A DNA stretch of 64,000 bases, from contig CAWBWI010000006.1 of assembly GCA_963792585.1 (NCBI GenBank), forward strand, positions 768,001 through 832,000, read 5' to 3'. The position numbers and the translations under genes are program-made. Origin of the DNA: Candidatus Eiseniibacteriota bacterium. GTDB taxonomy: Bacteria; Eisenbacteria; RBG-16-71-46; CAIMUX01; VGJL01. Positions 11,318 through 21,752 of this stretch are shown here, piece by piece (the stretch's first letter is position 1; each line of letters starts with the position of its first letter). Below the pieces are notes generated by a model that was not told the DNA's origin, ran no database searches, and saw nothing but the letters and a program-made list of their open reading frames with translations.

Positions 11318-12649
11318 CTACTTCAGCGCGAAGCGGATCGGCACGGAAACCCAGCAGGCGACCGGCTGGCCGTCGGTCGTGGCCGGCGTGAAAACCCACT
11401 GCCGGGCTGCATCGATCGCCGCATCGTTGAACGCCGGGTGACCCTCTACGGCCTCCATGACGAGAATCTGACCCACGCTTCCGCTCGCCGTGACGCGCAT
11501 GCGGAGGGTCACCGTCCCCTCGATGCCGTTCTTGCGCTCCTCGGCCGGATAGACCGGCTGGATCATCTTGACGAGAACGGGCATCGTCTCCACCTTCTGC
11601 AACTCGGCCGGAGAACCGGACGAGTCCTCTCCCGCCAGCAAGGGCGCAGGCAGGAGGGTGACTACGGCGATGAGGAGGAGAACGGCCCCCAGAATCAGAC
11701 GGTGTCGGTTCATCATCGAATACCTCCACGGACACGAGATCCGTTCGAAACGCACGCGGAGGCCGGGGCCTCCGCCCAACCCGGCAGAAAGCGGATCGAC
11801 GATCGGGAACAGGTTTCGGCGAAGGGTCGCGGCGAGGACCTTTGCGTAGGTCTCCCGCGCGAGGCCGGAACGCACCGCTTGCTCGTCACAGACGAGTTCA
11901 GCGGATTCGCACAGCCTGCGCACCACGTAGGCGACCGGCGGATAGAAGAAGAGGAAGGCGCCGCAGCAGCGCATCGCCGCCGCGCGCAATGGATCGCGCC
12001 GACGACGGTGGCCATCCTCGTGGAGGAGGAGCGCGCGCAGTTCATCGGCATCCGCGTGGTGGAGAAGCTCCGAGGGAACCAGGATGCGCGGACGGAAGAG
12101 GCCCGCGACATAGGGCAAGGATGCGCTCCGCGATGCGCGCACGGCGTGGGCGGGGATCGCCGCGCTCGCGAGGGCTGCCGTCAGGCGAGTCCGTGGCCCG
12201 CCGGGCAGTCGATCGATAGGGACGCCGTGGTCCCGGGCGGAGTGGGCGCAGTCGCGGAGGAGTCTTCGCATTCTCATCGCGAAGCCGATTCCCCAGATCG
12301 CGGTGAGCGCCACCGCGAGGATCCCGATCCAATGGACGGATGCGAGGGCGCGCGGGTCCGGGAACCCGGATGGATTGAGAACAGCGCGGACCGGCGCCAG
12401 GAGAAATCCCTCCGCACCGTGGGTCAGGCCGGCGGTCCGGGTGAGCGCAAGGATCGGCGCGCCGAGAATCGAGACGGGGAGCAGGATCTTCAGGAACGCG
12501 GCGCCCCAGAGGGCCTGGGTCGCCCGCGCGGGCGCGAAACGCATGGCCCGGGCGAGGAGGAAGATCACGAGAAGCACGATCGAGGTTTGCCACAGGTGAT
12601 AGGCCAGGCCGATCCAGAAGGCCGCGAGCCACTCGCCCAGGGGTGTCAT
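11318..12649 (-). CDS. BlaR1-like M56 peptidase fused to a TonB C-terminal domain
   Basis: TM helices; PYVAGLFRPRILVP; HEDGH zinc motif followed by RRRD; ELVCD; C-terminal PVYP...GIEGTV...AARQWVFTPA..DGQPV. Confidence 0.85.
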   Translation of the reverse strand: MTPLGEWLAAFWIGLAYHLWQTSIVLLVIFLLARAMRFAPARATQALWGAAFLKILLPVSILGAPILALTRTAGLTHGAEGFLLAPVRAVLNPSGFPDPRALASVHWIGILAVALTAIWGIGFAMRMRRLLRDCAHSARDHGVPIDRLPGGPRTRLTAALASAAIPAHAVRASRSASLPYVAGLFRPRILVPSELLHHADADELRALLLHEDGHRRRRDPLRAAAMRCCGAFLFFYPPVAYVVRRLCESAELVCDEQAVRSGLARETYAKVLAATLRRNLFPIVDPLSAGLGGGPGLRVRFERISCPWRYSMMNRHRLILGAVLLLIAVVTLLPAPLLAGEDSSGSPAELQKVETMPVLVKMIQPVYPAEERKNGIEGTVTLRMRVTASGSVGQILVMEAVEGHPAFNDAAIDAARQWVFTPATTDGQPVACWVSVPIRFALK

Positions 12650-13053
12650 GGCTTCCTCCGTCTCGGCCGCATCGTCTTCCCATCGTCCCCGTTGCCAAGC
12701 TGCTCCTCGATCGCCCGCAGGTCATCGAGAGAGATTGCCTCCATCTCGGCCAAGTGCGCGACGAGCGGTCCGCCGTGCCCGTCGAAGAGCCCGTCGATCA
12801 AACGGCGGACCTCACGACGGATCATCGTCTTGGGAGCGACCGTCGAGCGGTAGACCCACGCCCTCCCCTCACGACGGACCCGGGCGACCGCGCCTTTCTC
12901 CTCGAGGCGTTCGAAGATTTTGCGCACCGTCGAGTAGCTCGGCGCGTTCGGGAGGTCGGTCTGGACATCACGCATCGAGGCCTCGCCGCGCGCCCAGAGA
13001 CGGCGCAGGCACTGAAGCTCGAAGCGGGACAGTTCAGGTATCTGGCTGCTCAC
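12646..13053 (-). CDS. BlaI/MecI/CopY family repressor
   Basis: LSRFELQCLRRLW, YSTVRKIFERLEEKG, LIDGLFDG; GTG start after GGAGG; overlaps M56 start. Confidence 0.9.
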   Translation of the reverse strand: MSSQIPELSRFELQCLRRLWARGEASMRDVQTDLPNAPSYSTVRKIFERLEEKGAVARVRREGRAWVYRSTVAPKTMIRREVRRLIDGLFDGHGGPLVAHLAEMEAISLDDLRAIEEQLGNGDDGKTMRPRRRKP

Positions 13054-13088
13054 GGACCCTCCCTCCATCTCCCCGACCGGGGACTATC

Positions 13089-13128
13089 TGCGACATCTGT
13101 CACACATAATAGTGCGACAAGCGTCGCA
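13089..13128. promoter_or_regulatory. Tandem palindromic operators (probable BlaI sites) flanking a minus-strand -10-like TATTAT
   Basis: TGCGACA-TC-TGTCACA (13089-13104) and TGCGACA-AG-CGTCGCA (13113-13128), each one mismatch from TGCGACA-NN-TGTCGCA. Confidence 0.7.
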
Positions 13129-13281
13129 GTGTGCTCAAGCAGTTTTTGGGGGCGGGGCCGACTTTCCGGCGTTCCGCCAAGGAGCGCAGTCGGGGCTCGA
13201 CCTTCGGGCCGGCGGATGCGATCCTCCCCCGGAACATGGTTCCCCGGCCCTGGACGAGCGAACCCGCAGGCGGAGTGATCG

Positions 13282-14265
13282 ATGCAGCTCCAACGCCATC
13301 CCGGAAATCCCATTCTCACGCGAGACCACATTCCCGCCGTCACGCCGGATCTGATCGACGTGAGCTCGGTGTTCAATCCCGGCGCCGTCCGCTGGGAGGG
13401 GCGCGATCTGCTGCTCCTCAGGGTGCAGAACCGAGGGCGGGAGACGTCGATCCTGCGCGCCGTCGACGACGGGAGGGGCTCGTGGGAGGTCCATCCCCAG
13501 CCGGTGCGCTTCCGGGGAATCGAGACGATCCCGGGACCCCTCTACCACATCTATGATCCGCGGATCACGGAGATCGACGGCGCCTTCGCCATCGTATTCG
13601 CGATCGATTGCGATCGGGGCTGCCGTCTGGGAATCGCCCGCACCGCCGACTTCGAGCGGTACGACTTTATCGGCGAAATCGGAGACGAGGAGAGTCGCAA
13701 CGGCGTTCTCTTCCCCGAGCGAGTCGGGGGGCGCTATCTCCTTCTCGAGAGACCAAATCGACTCCGGCCCGATGAGGGGCCCTCGACCGGTGAGACGATC
13801 GTGCTCTCCGAATCTTCCGACCTCATCTCTTGGAAACGCGTCGGACCCGTCATGCATGGCCGGCCCCACTACTGGGACGAGCGCATCGGATCGGGTCCGC
13901 CGCCGATCAAGACTCGGGATGGCTGGTTGCACATCTACCACGGCGTGGCGACCCACTTCGGCGCGGCGAATATCTACCAGGGCGGGGTCGTGCTCCTCGA
14001 CCTCGCCGACCCCACACGGGTGTGCGCGCGAGGCCGCTTCAACATTCTCGAGCCCCGGGAGCTCTACGAAATGGTGGGACAGGTGCCGAACGTCGTCTTC
14101 CCGTCCGGAATGATCGTGGATCGATTCGATCCCGAGGGTTTTGCAGCGCCGGAGAGCCCCGTCCGCGTTTACTACGGCGCCGCGGACACGGCGGTCTGCA
14201 TGGCCACGACTACGGTCGCCGCTCTGACCGCCGCGTGCCGGGAAGGGGCGGAACATGCGTCGTGA
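13282..14265 (+). CDS. GH130 beta-mannoside phosphorylase/glycosidase
   Basis: GNPIL, VFNPGAV, YDPRIT, RNGVLFPE, GPPPIKT..GWLHIYHGV, NVVFPSG motifs; no signal peptide. Confidence 0.9.
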   Translation: MQLQRHPGNPILTRDHIPAVTPDLIDVSSVFNPGAVRWEGRDLLLLRVQNRGRETSILRAVDDGRGSWEVHPQPVRFRGIETIPGPLYHIYDPRITEIDGAFAIVFAIDCDRGCRLGIARTADFERYDFIGEIGDEESRNGVLFPERVGGRYLLLERPNRLRPDEGPSTGETIVLSESSDLISWKRVGPVMHGRPHYWDERIGSGPPPIKTRDGWLHIYHGVATHFGAANIYQGGVVLLDLADPTRVCARGRFNILEPRELYEMVGQVPNVVFPSGMIVDRFDPEGFAAPESPVRVYYGAADTAVCMATTTVAALTAACREGAEHAS

Positions 14266-15403
14266 GATCGTACGGGCGGTCTGTCTCGTTTCTGTCGCCC
14301 TGGTCACCGCGGGGGCGGCCGCCGCATTTCCAACGCCTCGAATCGAGTATGCGCCGAGCCGCTATACGTGCCGTTTCACCGCAACGCCGCCGCTGGTCGA
14401 CGGCGATCTGAGCGACCCCGCGTGGACGGCGGCCACATGGACGCAACCGTTCGTCGACATCGAGGGGAACCTGAAACCGGCCCCACGGTTCGCGACCCGC
14501 GTCAAGATGGCCTGGGACGAGCGCTATTTCTACATCGCGGCCCGGATGGAGGAGCCGGATCTGTGGGCGACGTACGAACAGCGCGACGCCGTCATCTATC
14601 ACGAGAACGATTTCGAGGTGTTCATCGATCCGGATGGCGATACCCACGAGTACTACGAACTGGAGATCAATGCGATCAACACGGTTTGGGATCTGCTTCT
14701 CCTCAAGCCGTACCGCGATGGCGGGCCCGCCGTGAACGCATGGGACATCGCGGGGCTCCGGACGGCCGTCAAGCTGGACGGGACGTTGAATGAGCCGAGC
14801 GATCGTGATGCCGGCTGGACCGTCGAGATCGCCATGCCGTGGGCGGTCCTCGCAGAGTGCGCGCATCGTCCGTCACCCCCGCGGAGCGGGGATCGGTGGT
14901 GGGTCAACTTCTCCCGCGTGGAGTGGAGGCGCGACGTCGTGGACGGCCGTTACGTCAAGACGAAGGACCCGGTGACCGGCAAGGATCTGCCGGAGAACAA
15001 CTGGGTTTGGTCGCCCCAGGGATTGGTTGCGATGCACTACCCGGAAATGTGGGGGCTCGTGACCTTCACGAAGGCCGAGGGGTCCGTTGCGGCGTACGCC
15101 GCGGGCGGTCCGGACCGACAGCCGGCAGCGGACTCGACGGCCGTCCCATCCACGGATCAGGTTGCCGCAGAAGCGGCACGCTGGACGCTTCGAGAGGTCT
15201 ATTACGCGCAGATGGAGTCGATGGAGCGCCATGGCCGGTACCAGGCGTCTCTGGAAGCGCTCCCCCTCGCGTTGCCGGCGACGGCCGTGGTCACGCTCCA
15301 GACCTGCGGGGGCGGCTACGAGGCCATCCTTCCCCTCCCGGACGGAACCGGTTCCTTTCATATTCGCGATGACGGCCGCATCCGGCTCGTCGAAACCCGC
15401 TGA
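14255..15403 (+). CDS. Secreted CBM9-like carbohydrate-binding protein
   Basis: Signal peptide; VDGDLSDPAW, WDERYFYIAA, ENDFEVFIDPDGD, WTVEIAMPW, NFSRVEW, HYPEMWG. Confidence 0.85.
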   Translation: MRREIVRAVCLVSVALVTAGAAAAFPTPRIEYAPSRYTCRFTATPPLVDGDLSDPAWTAATWTQPFVDIEGNLKPAPRFATRVKMAWDERYFYIAARMEEPDLWATYEQRDAVIYHENDFEVFIDPDGDTHEYYELEINAINTVWDLLLLKPYRDGGPAVNAWDIAGLRTAVKLDGTLNEPSDRDAGWTVEIAMPWAVLAECAHRPSPPRSGDRWWVNFSRVEWRRDVVDGRYVKTKDPVTGKDLPENNWVWSPQGLVAMHYPEMWGLVTFTKAEGSVAAYAAGGPDRQPAADSTAVPSTDQVAAEAARWTLREVYYAQMESMERHGRYQASLEALPLALPATAVVTLQTCGGGYEAILPLPDGTGSFHIRDDGRIRLVETR

Positions 15404-15454
15404 GCAAGGAGACGAGACGATCGCCGTCCGGTGATCCTGAGGAGACCCGCGAGC

Positions 15455-17473
15455 ATGGCGCTTTCCGCGTTTGATTGGGGCATCGTCTTTACCGTCCTCG
15501 GCCTCCTCGTCCTCTTCATGCTCGGCAGCAAGATCCACATGAAGAGTGTGGCCGACTTCCTGGCGGCGGGGCGCACCGGAGGACGCTACATGATCGCCGT
15601 TTCCGCGGGCGTCGCGGCCCTGGGGGCGATCACGGTCGTCGGCAATTTCGAGATGAATCTCCTCGCGGGATTTTCGATGAGCTGGTGGGGCATGACGATG
15701 GGGATCGTGATCCTCCTCGCGGCCGTCTTCGGCTGGGTGATCTACCGCTTCCGGCAAACCCGCTGCCTCACCCTCGCCCAGTTCTTCGAAATCCGCTACA
15801 GTCGGCGCTTCCGCATCTTCACGGGGCTCATCTCCTTCGTGGCGGGGATCGTCAACATGGGGATCTTCCCCGCCGTGGAAGCGCGCTTCTTCATGTACTT
15901 CTGCGGACTCCCGCCATCGTTCGTTCTCGCGGGGATCTCCTTCTCCACCTTCGCGTTGATCATGATGCTCCTGCTCTCGACCTCCCTCTGGTTCGTCTTC
16001 TCGGGCGGGCAGGTGACCGTCATGATCACCGACTTCCTGCAGGGCGTCTTCGTCAATGTCGCGATGGTGGCGATCGTCCTCTACCTCGCATTCACGACCG
16101 ATTGGACGTTGATCCAGGAATCGCTCCAGGCAGCGCCGGCGAACGCGTCGTTGATCAACCCGTACCACACGAGCCAGGTGAAGGACTTCAACCTCGCCTA
16201 TTTCCTGATCGGCGTCTTCGGCTTCCTCTACGGGACGATGTCGTGGCAGGGAACGCAGGCGTACAACGCCTCGGCCCGCAGCGCGCATGAGGCCAAGATG
16301 GGCGGCGTCCTGGGCCAATGGCGGGTCCTTCCGCAGACGGTCATGCTCCTCTTGATTCCTATCATTGCCTACACGGTCCTGAATCACCCGCACTTCGCCG
16401 GGATCGCGGAGGCGGTCGGTCGTCAGCTCCCCATGAACGAGACGGAGGCGGTGCGAAACCAGCTCAAGGTTCCCCTCGTCCTGCAGCACCTCTTACCCAA
16501 TGGACTGCTGGGCGCCTTCGTCGCATTGATGCTCTGCGCGTCGATCACGACCTACGACACCTATCTCCATTCATGGGGAAGCATCCTCGTGCAGGATGTC
16601 ATCATGCCGATACGCCGAAAGCCGTTCGCGCCGAAACAGCATTTGCTCGCCCTTCGCATGGCGATTCTCTTCGTCGCGGTCTTCATCTTCTGTTTCAGCC
16701 TCGTATTCAAGCAGACGCAGTACATCTTCCTCTTCTTCGCGCTCACGGGGGCCATCTTCGCCGGCGGTTCGGGGGCGGTCATCATCGGCGGTCTCTACTG
16801 GAATCGGGGAACGACGCGGGCGGCATGGGCGGCGATGATCACCGGCTCCACGATCGCCGTCGCGGGGGTCGTGATCCACCAGATCCGGGAAGGATTCTTC
16901 ATCAACGGGCAGCAGTTCTGGGCGATCGCGATGTTCGCCTCCTCGCTGGCATTCGTGCTCGTCTCCTTGCTTGGCCGCCGGAGGGTGTATGACTTCGACC
17001 GCCTTCTGCACCGCGGCGCCTACGCGGTGCGCGAGGAGAGCGCGGAAGGGGCGCCACCGGAGCGCGGCTGGCGGATGCTGGGGATGACGAAGGAGTTCAC
17101 CAAAGGTGATCGCATCATCTATCTGGCCAACTACGTCTGGACCTTCGGCTGGTTCGCGGTCTTCCTCGTGGGAACGATCATCAATCTGAGCCGTGAAGTG
17201 AGCGACCAAACATGGATGCGCTTCTGGAAGGTCTACCTGGGTGTGCAGATCGGGATGGCCGCGGTCACGATTGTCTGGTTCTCGGCCGGCGGGTTCTTGG
17301 ACCTTCGCGAGATGTTGCGGAGATTGAGGACGCAGGTTCGCGATCACACGGATGACGGCTTCGTGAACGAGCGCACCGCGGGCGACTCGATCGGCTTCGA
17401 ACCCGATGCCGGCGGCCGCTCCGGCTCGGATGGGATGGAGCGCGGGAAGGCGGAGGGTGAGGACCGTGGATAG
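15455..17473 (+). CDS. Sodium:solute symporter (SSS family)
   Basis: DFLAAGR..G, TLAQFFEIRY, ASITTYDTYLHSWGS, GLYWNRGT; many TM segments. Confidence 0.9.
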   Translation: MALSAFDWGIVFTVLGLLVLFMLGSKIHMKSVADFLAAGRTGGRYMIAVSAGVAALGAITVVGNFEMNLLAGFSMSWWGMTMGIVILLAAVFGWVIYRFRQTRCLTLAQFFEIRYSRRFRIFTGLISFVAGIVNMGIFPAVEARFFMYFCGLPPSFVLAGISFSTFALIMMLLLSTSLWFVFSGGQVTVMITDFLQGVFVNVAMVAIVLYLAFTTDWTLIQESLQAAPANASLINPYHTSQVKDFNLAYFLIGVFGFLYGTMSWQGTQAYNASARSAHEAKMGGVLGQWRVLPQTVMLLLIPIIAYTVLNHPHFAGIAEAVGRQLPMNETEAVRNQLKVPLVLQHLLPNGLLGAFVALMLCASITTYDTYLHSWGSILVQDVIMPIRRKPFAPKQHLLALRMAILFVAVFIFCFSLVFKQTQYIFLFFALTGAIFAGGSGAVIIGGLYWNRGTTRAAWAAMITGSTIAVAGVVIHQIREGFFINGQQFWAIAMFASSLAFVLVSLLGRRRVYDFDRLLHRGAYAVREESAEGAPPERGWRMLGMTKEFTKGDRIIYLANYVWTFGWFAVFLVGTIINLSREVSDQTWMRFWKVYLGVQIGMAAVTIVWFSAGGFLDLREMLRRLRTQVRDHTDDGFVNERTAGDSIGFEPDAGGRSGSDGMERGKAEGEDRG

Positions 17474-20400
17474 GAAGGTCGAGGAGTTGCAGCGCGTGCG
17501 GATCGAGCGCTTCCGGGATCTGCTCGGAAGAGCGGTCGTCGGAGAGACGATCCCCCTGGAGGCGTGGTGGGCGCATTGCCCCACGCCGGTGCCGATCGGG
17601 GGGCGTGCGGCGTTGGCCTACACGCCGATCGTCGAGGGAACGGTCTGGGGGAAGGAGTGGGAGAGCGCATGGTTCCACCTCAGCGGAACCGTGCCCGCCG
17701 CCTGGGCGGGAAGGAAGATCGTCGCACAGATCGACATCGGCGGCGAGGGACTGGTCCTCTCGGGATCGGGGGAGATCCTTCAGGGAATCTGCAACGGATC
17801 GGTCTTCCAGCCGGACTTCGTCCGGGACATCGTGCCCCTCAGGGAGCGCTGCATAGGTGGTGAGAGGGTCGAGTTATGGGTCGAGGGCGCCGCGAATGGG
17901 CTGTTCGGGATATTCACGGAACCGGATCCCGAGGCGGAGGCCACCAATCGGCACGGGCACTACGAGGCGGTCGCGCGGAGGATGCGCCTGGGTGTCTTCG
18001 ACGGGGATCTATGGTCGCTCTGGCTGGATTTGCGGCTTGTCCTCGGACTGCTGCGGCGATTGCCGGAGAAGAGCACGCGGCGGGCCCGGCTGCTCCGGGC
18101 GGCGGGCGAAGCGATCGATATCTATGCCGGGGGACGGAAGAATCTGTCGGCGTGCCGCGATCGGCTTTATATGGAACTGCATAGGCCCTCTGGAGCGTCG
18201 GAGGTGCGCGTGACCGCCGTGGGGCACGCGCATATCGACACCGCCTGGCTCTGGCCGGTGGCCGAGACGGTCCGCAAGTGCGCCCGCACCTTTGCGACCC
18301 AGCTCGCACTCATGCGGGAGTATCCGGAGTACGTGTTCGGGGCGTCTCAGGCGCAGCACTACGCCTTTGTCAAGGTGGCTTATCCCGAACTGTATAAGCG
18401 CGTGAAGGAGGCGGTAGCGGAGGGTCGCTGGGAGGTTCAGGGCGGCATGTGGGTCGAGGCCGACTGCAACCTCGCATCCGGAGAGTCGCTCGTGAGGCAG
18501 ATTCTCCATGGCCAGAACTTCTTCCGCGACGAGTTCGGCGTCGTTCCGGACAACCTGTGGCTTCCCGATGTCTTCGGATACTCGGCCGCGTTGCCCCAGA
18601 TCTTGCGCAAGACGGGAATGCCCTACTTCCTCACGCAGAAGATCTCGTGGAATCAGTTCAACGATTTCCCCCATACGAGTTTCCGTTGGCGCGGGATCGA
18701 CGGGAGCGAGGTCATCGCCCACTTCCCTCCGGAGAACACATACTGCAGCGCGCTCGACGCGGATACGTTGATCGCCGGCGCGGAGAACTTCCGTGAGAAG
18801 GGCTTCCTGCCCGAAATTCATCTCGCTCTTCGGGATGGGCGACGGGGGCGGGGGACCAAAGGACGAGAGCATCGAGTGGGGGCGCCGGATGGCCGACCTC
18901 GAGGGGACCCCGAGGGTTCGATTCGGGACCGCCCGGGACTTCTTCGCGAGGCTCGGCGAGCATGCCGACCGGCTTCCCGTCTGGGTCGGAGAGCTCTACC
19001 TGGAGTTGCACCGCGGGACGCTGACGACGCAGGCCGCGGTCAAGAAGGCGAACAGGAAACTGGAAAACCGGCTCCGCGCGGTCGAATTCCTCTGGTCGTG
19101 CCTCCCGCTGGAGGGTTATCCCGCCGCGCGCCTCGACGCGATCTGGAAGGAAGTCCTGCGCAACCAATTCCACGACATCCTCCCCGGCTCGAGCATCGCG
19201 ATGACCTATGAGGTCACCCATCGGGAGTATCGGGATGCGTTGGGCGGCTGCGAATCGCTGCTCGCCGACGCGGCCGACAGGCTCTTCGTGCGCGATGAGA
19301 CGGCGATCGTCCTGTGCAATCCGTTGCATGGGACGTTTCGGGGAGCGATTCCGCTTCCCGGCGGCTGGGACGGATATGAAGTTCTGGATAGGGACGGCGC
19401 GACACTCGCGGTGCAGCAGGAGGTGGACCACGCGGTGGCGCGCGTCACGATCCCCCCGTATTCATTCGCGACGCTTCGCCAGGGCGCGTCGGCGTCCGCC
19501 TCCGATGCGGAATTTGCGCACGGGGAGGCGGGGCCTGCCGGGACCGCGCACGCGGGGACGGCAACCGGGAAGTCGACGCGTGTGAATGCTGCGCGCACCT
19601 CGGGCGACCCCACTCCTCAGGAATTCGTACTCGAGAACGATCGCGTCCGCTACACGCTCGCCGCCGATGCAACAATTCGCGAGGCCATCGACAGGGGGAG
19701 CGGCCGTCCGCTCCTCGAGCCGGGTCGCCCGGGAAACGTACTGACCCTATACGAGGACAGACCCAACAACTGGGACGCCTGGGATGTCGACCTATTCTAC
19801 GAGGGCGCGGTGATCGAGACGGCGCGCGGTGTGGAGGCGACGCCGCTCCCCGGCGGCCCGGTTCGCCGGGGGCTGCGTTTCCGCCTTGCGATCGGCGACT
19901 CGGAGATCGAGCAGATCGTGTCCCTCGAGGTCGGCTCGACGCGCCTCGACTTCGATACCCGCGTCCGATGGCGCGAGCGACACCGGATGCTGCGCGTCGC
20001 ATTCCCCATCGCCGTTCGCGCCGAGTCCGCGACCTTCGATATCCAGTATGGCTTCATTCGCAGGCCGACCCACCGGAACACACTCTGGGACCAGGCCCGA
20101 TTCGAATCGGTCGCGCACCGCTACGTCGATCTCTCGGAGGCGACCCATGGCGTAGCGCTCTTGAACAACGGCAAGTACGGCCATAAGGTCCTCGACAACG
20201 TGATCGACCTGAACCTGCTGCGTTCCCCGACCTATCCTGATCCGGACGCAGACCGCGGGGAGCATCGCTTCACATACAGCCTCTATCCACACGAAGGGGA
20301 TCTCGAAGGCTCCGATGTGATCGAGCGCGCGGCGGAACTCAACATGGGCGTTCTTTCCTTCCCCGGATATGCGGTTCTAGATAAGCAGGGGGCAGTCGAT

Positions 20401-20688
20401 CTGGATATCCTGGCGCCCCCGGTGTGGGTGGAGGGCGACGGCCTCTCGATGGAGACTCTCAAGAAAGCCGAGCGGGACAACAGCCTGATCGTCCGGCTCG
20501 TCGAGACCCGGGGCCGCGCATCGGAAGGGACCCTTCACGCCACGCCGAATCGCTACACGATCTGCGAGACGAATCTCCTCGAGTGGGAGGACGGCGCCCT
20601 CGAACCGGTCGGGGGACCGATCCAGGTCGTCCTCCGTCCATTCGAAATCCGAACTTACCGGCTCCGGCCGACGGAGGTGACCCGGTGA
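17466..20688 (+). CDS. Cytoplasmic GH38 alpha-mannosidase (one frameshift near 18815)
   Basis: GHAHIDTAWLWP, WLPDVFGYS, GELYLELHRGT, NQFHDILPGS; GAAATTC has an extra A, correcting to EFISLFGMGDGGGGP. Confidence 0.9.
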
Positions 20689-21752
20689 AAATGCTTCGAG
20701 CGCTCCGTTTGACCCTGCTTGGCATCGTCCTGCTCCTCTCCCGCGGGACCCCCGCCGCGTCGGATCCGGCCACATCGGATCCCGTCGCGCCCGCGGACTC
20801 GTCCCACGTCGGTGCGCCCACCGATGTCGCCATCTTCCGGAACGCGCCGATCCTGTTTCGTTCCGACTCCACCGCAACCGGCAAGGAGCAGACGGATGCG
20901 CAGACCGGACGTCTCGTCACGGCGCAGGTCCGACTCCCCGAACTCGCCGGTCCCCATCGGATCAAGGCGCTCCTCACCGTCAAGCCGGTCCCCAAGAGCG
21001 AGCGGGAAGTCTACGACCGCTGGGATCGGGCGGGGAACATCCGCATCGCTTTGGGTGAGCGGGAGATCGAGATCGTCCGCTTTATCACATCCTATGGCGG
21101 CCGCACCGAACACGAGATCGACGTCACCGAACTCGCTCCCCTGCTGCGCGGGGCCTGCACGATGCGCGCCTTCATCGATACCTGGGTGAGCCCCGGATGG
21201 ATGATCGACTTCGCCTTGCGCTACATCCCCGTCCGGGAGTACGACAACGCCACCTGGGCGGCGCCCGCCTTCTACACCGACTCGTTCAACGCCGCGGAGA
21301 TGTCTCGCGGGAGGGACGTCCAGGTCGACGTCCCCAAGGGCCTCGCGAGGGTGGTCCTGCGCTATCTCTCGACCGGTCACTGCACCGACGGGATCGACGC
21401 CGACGAGTTCATTTCGAAGGCAAACGTGATCTCCGTCGACGGGGTGGTCGTCGCACGCTACCATCCGTGGCGGGACGATTGCAGGCAGTTCCGAGACCGC
21501 AATCCGTACACGAGCCATTGGACGGACGGAAGTTGGTCATCCGACTACAGCCGGAGCGGCTGGTGCCCCGGCGTCGAGGTCTTGCCGATGGAGATCGACC
21601 TGACGGATCACCTGACCCCAGGGAAGCACACCCTCCGATTCCGCGTGGAGGAGATGCGCCCCAAGGACGAGAAAGGGAATTACGGGTACTGGCGGATCTC
21701 GGCTGCCCTGATCGGGTGGAAGAAGATCCCCGCGCTGTGGCGCAATGAGTGA
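20685..21752 (+). CDS. Secreted peptide-N-glycosidase F-like protein
   Basis: Signal peptide; WDRAG, EIVRFITSY, EIDVTELAPLL, IDTW, TGH..DEF, RSGWCPG correspond to PNGase F WDRYA, EIGRFITPY, EIDVTDF, ETW, GH..AEW, RAGWCPG (comparison from memory). Confidence 0.8.
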   Translation: MKMLRALRLTLLGIVLLLSRGTPAASDPATSDPVAPADSSHVGAPTDVAIFRNAPILFRSDSTATGKEQTDAQTGRLVTAQVRLPELAGPHRIKALLTVKPVPKSEREVYDRWDRAGNIRIALGEREIEIVRFITSYGGRTEHEIDVTELAPLLRGACTMRAFIDTWVSPGWMIDFALRYIPVREYDNATWAAPAFYTDSFNAAEMSRGRDVQVDVPKGLARVVLRYLSTGHCTDGIDADEFISKANVISVDGVVVARYHPWRDDCRQFRDRNPYTSHWTDGSWSSDYSRSGWCPGVEVLPMEIDLTDHLTPGKHTLRFRVEEMRPKDEKGNYGYWRISAALIGWKKIPALWRNE

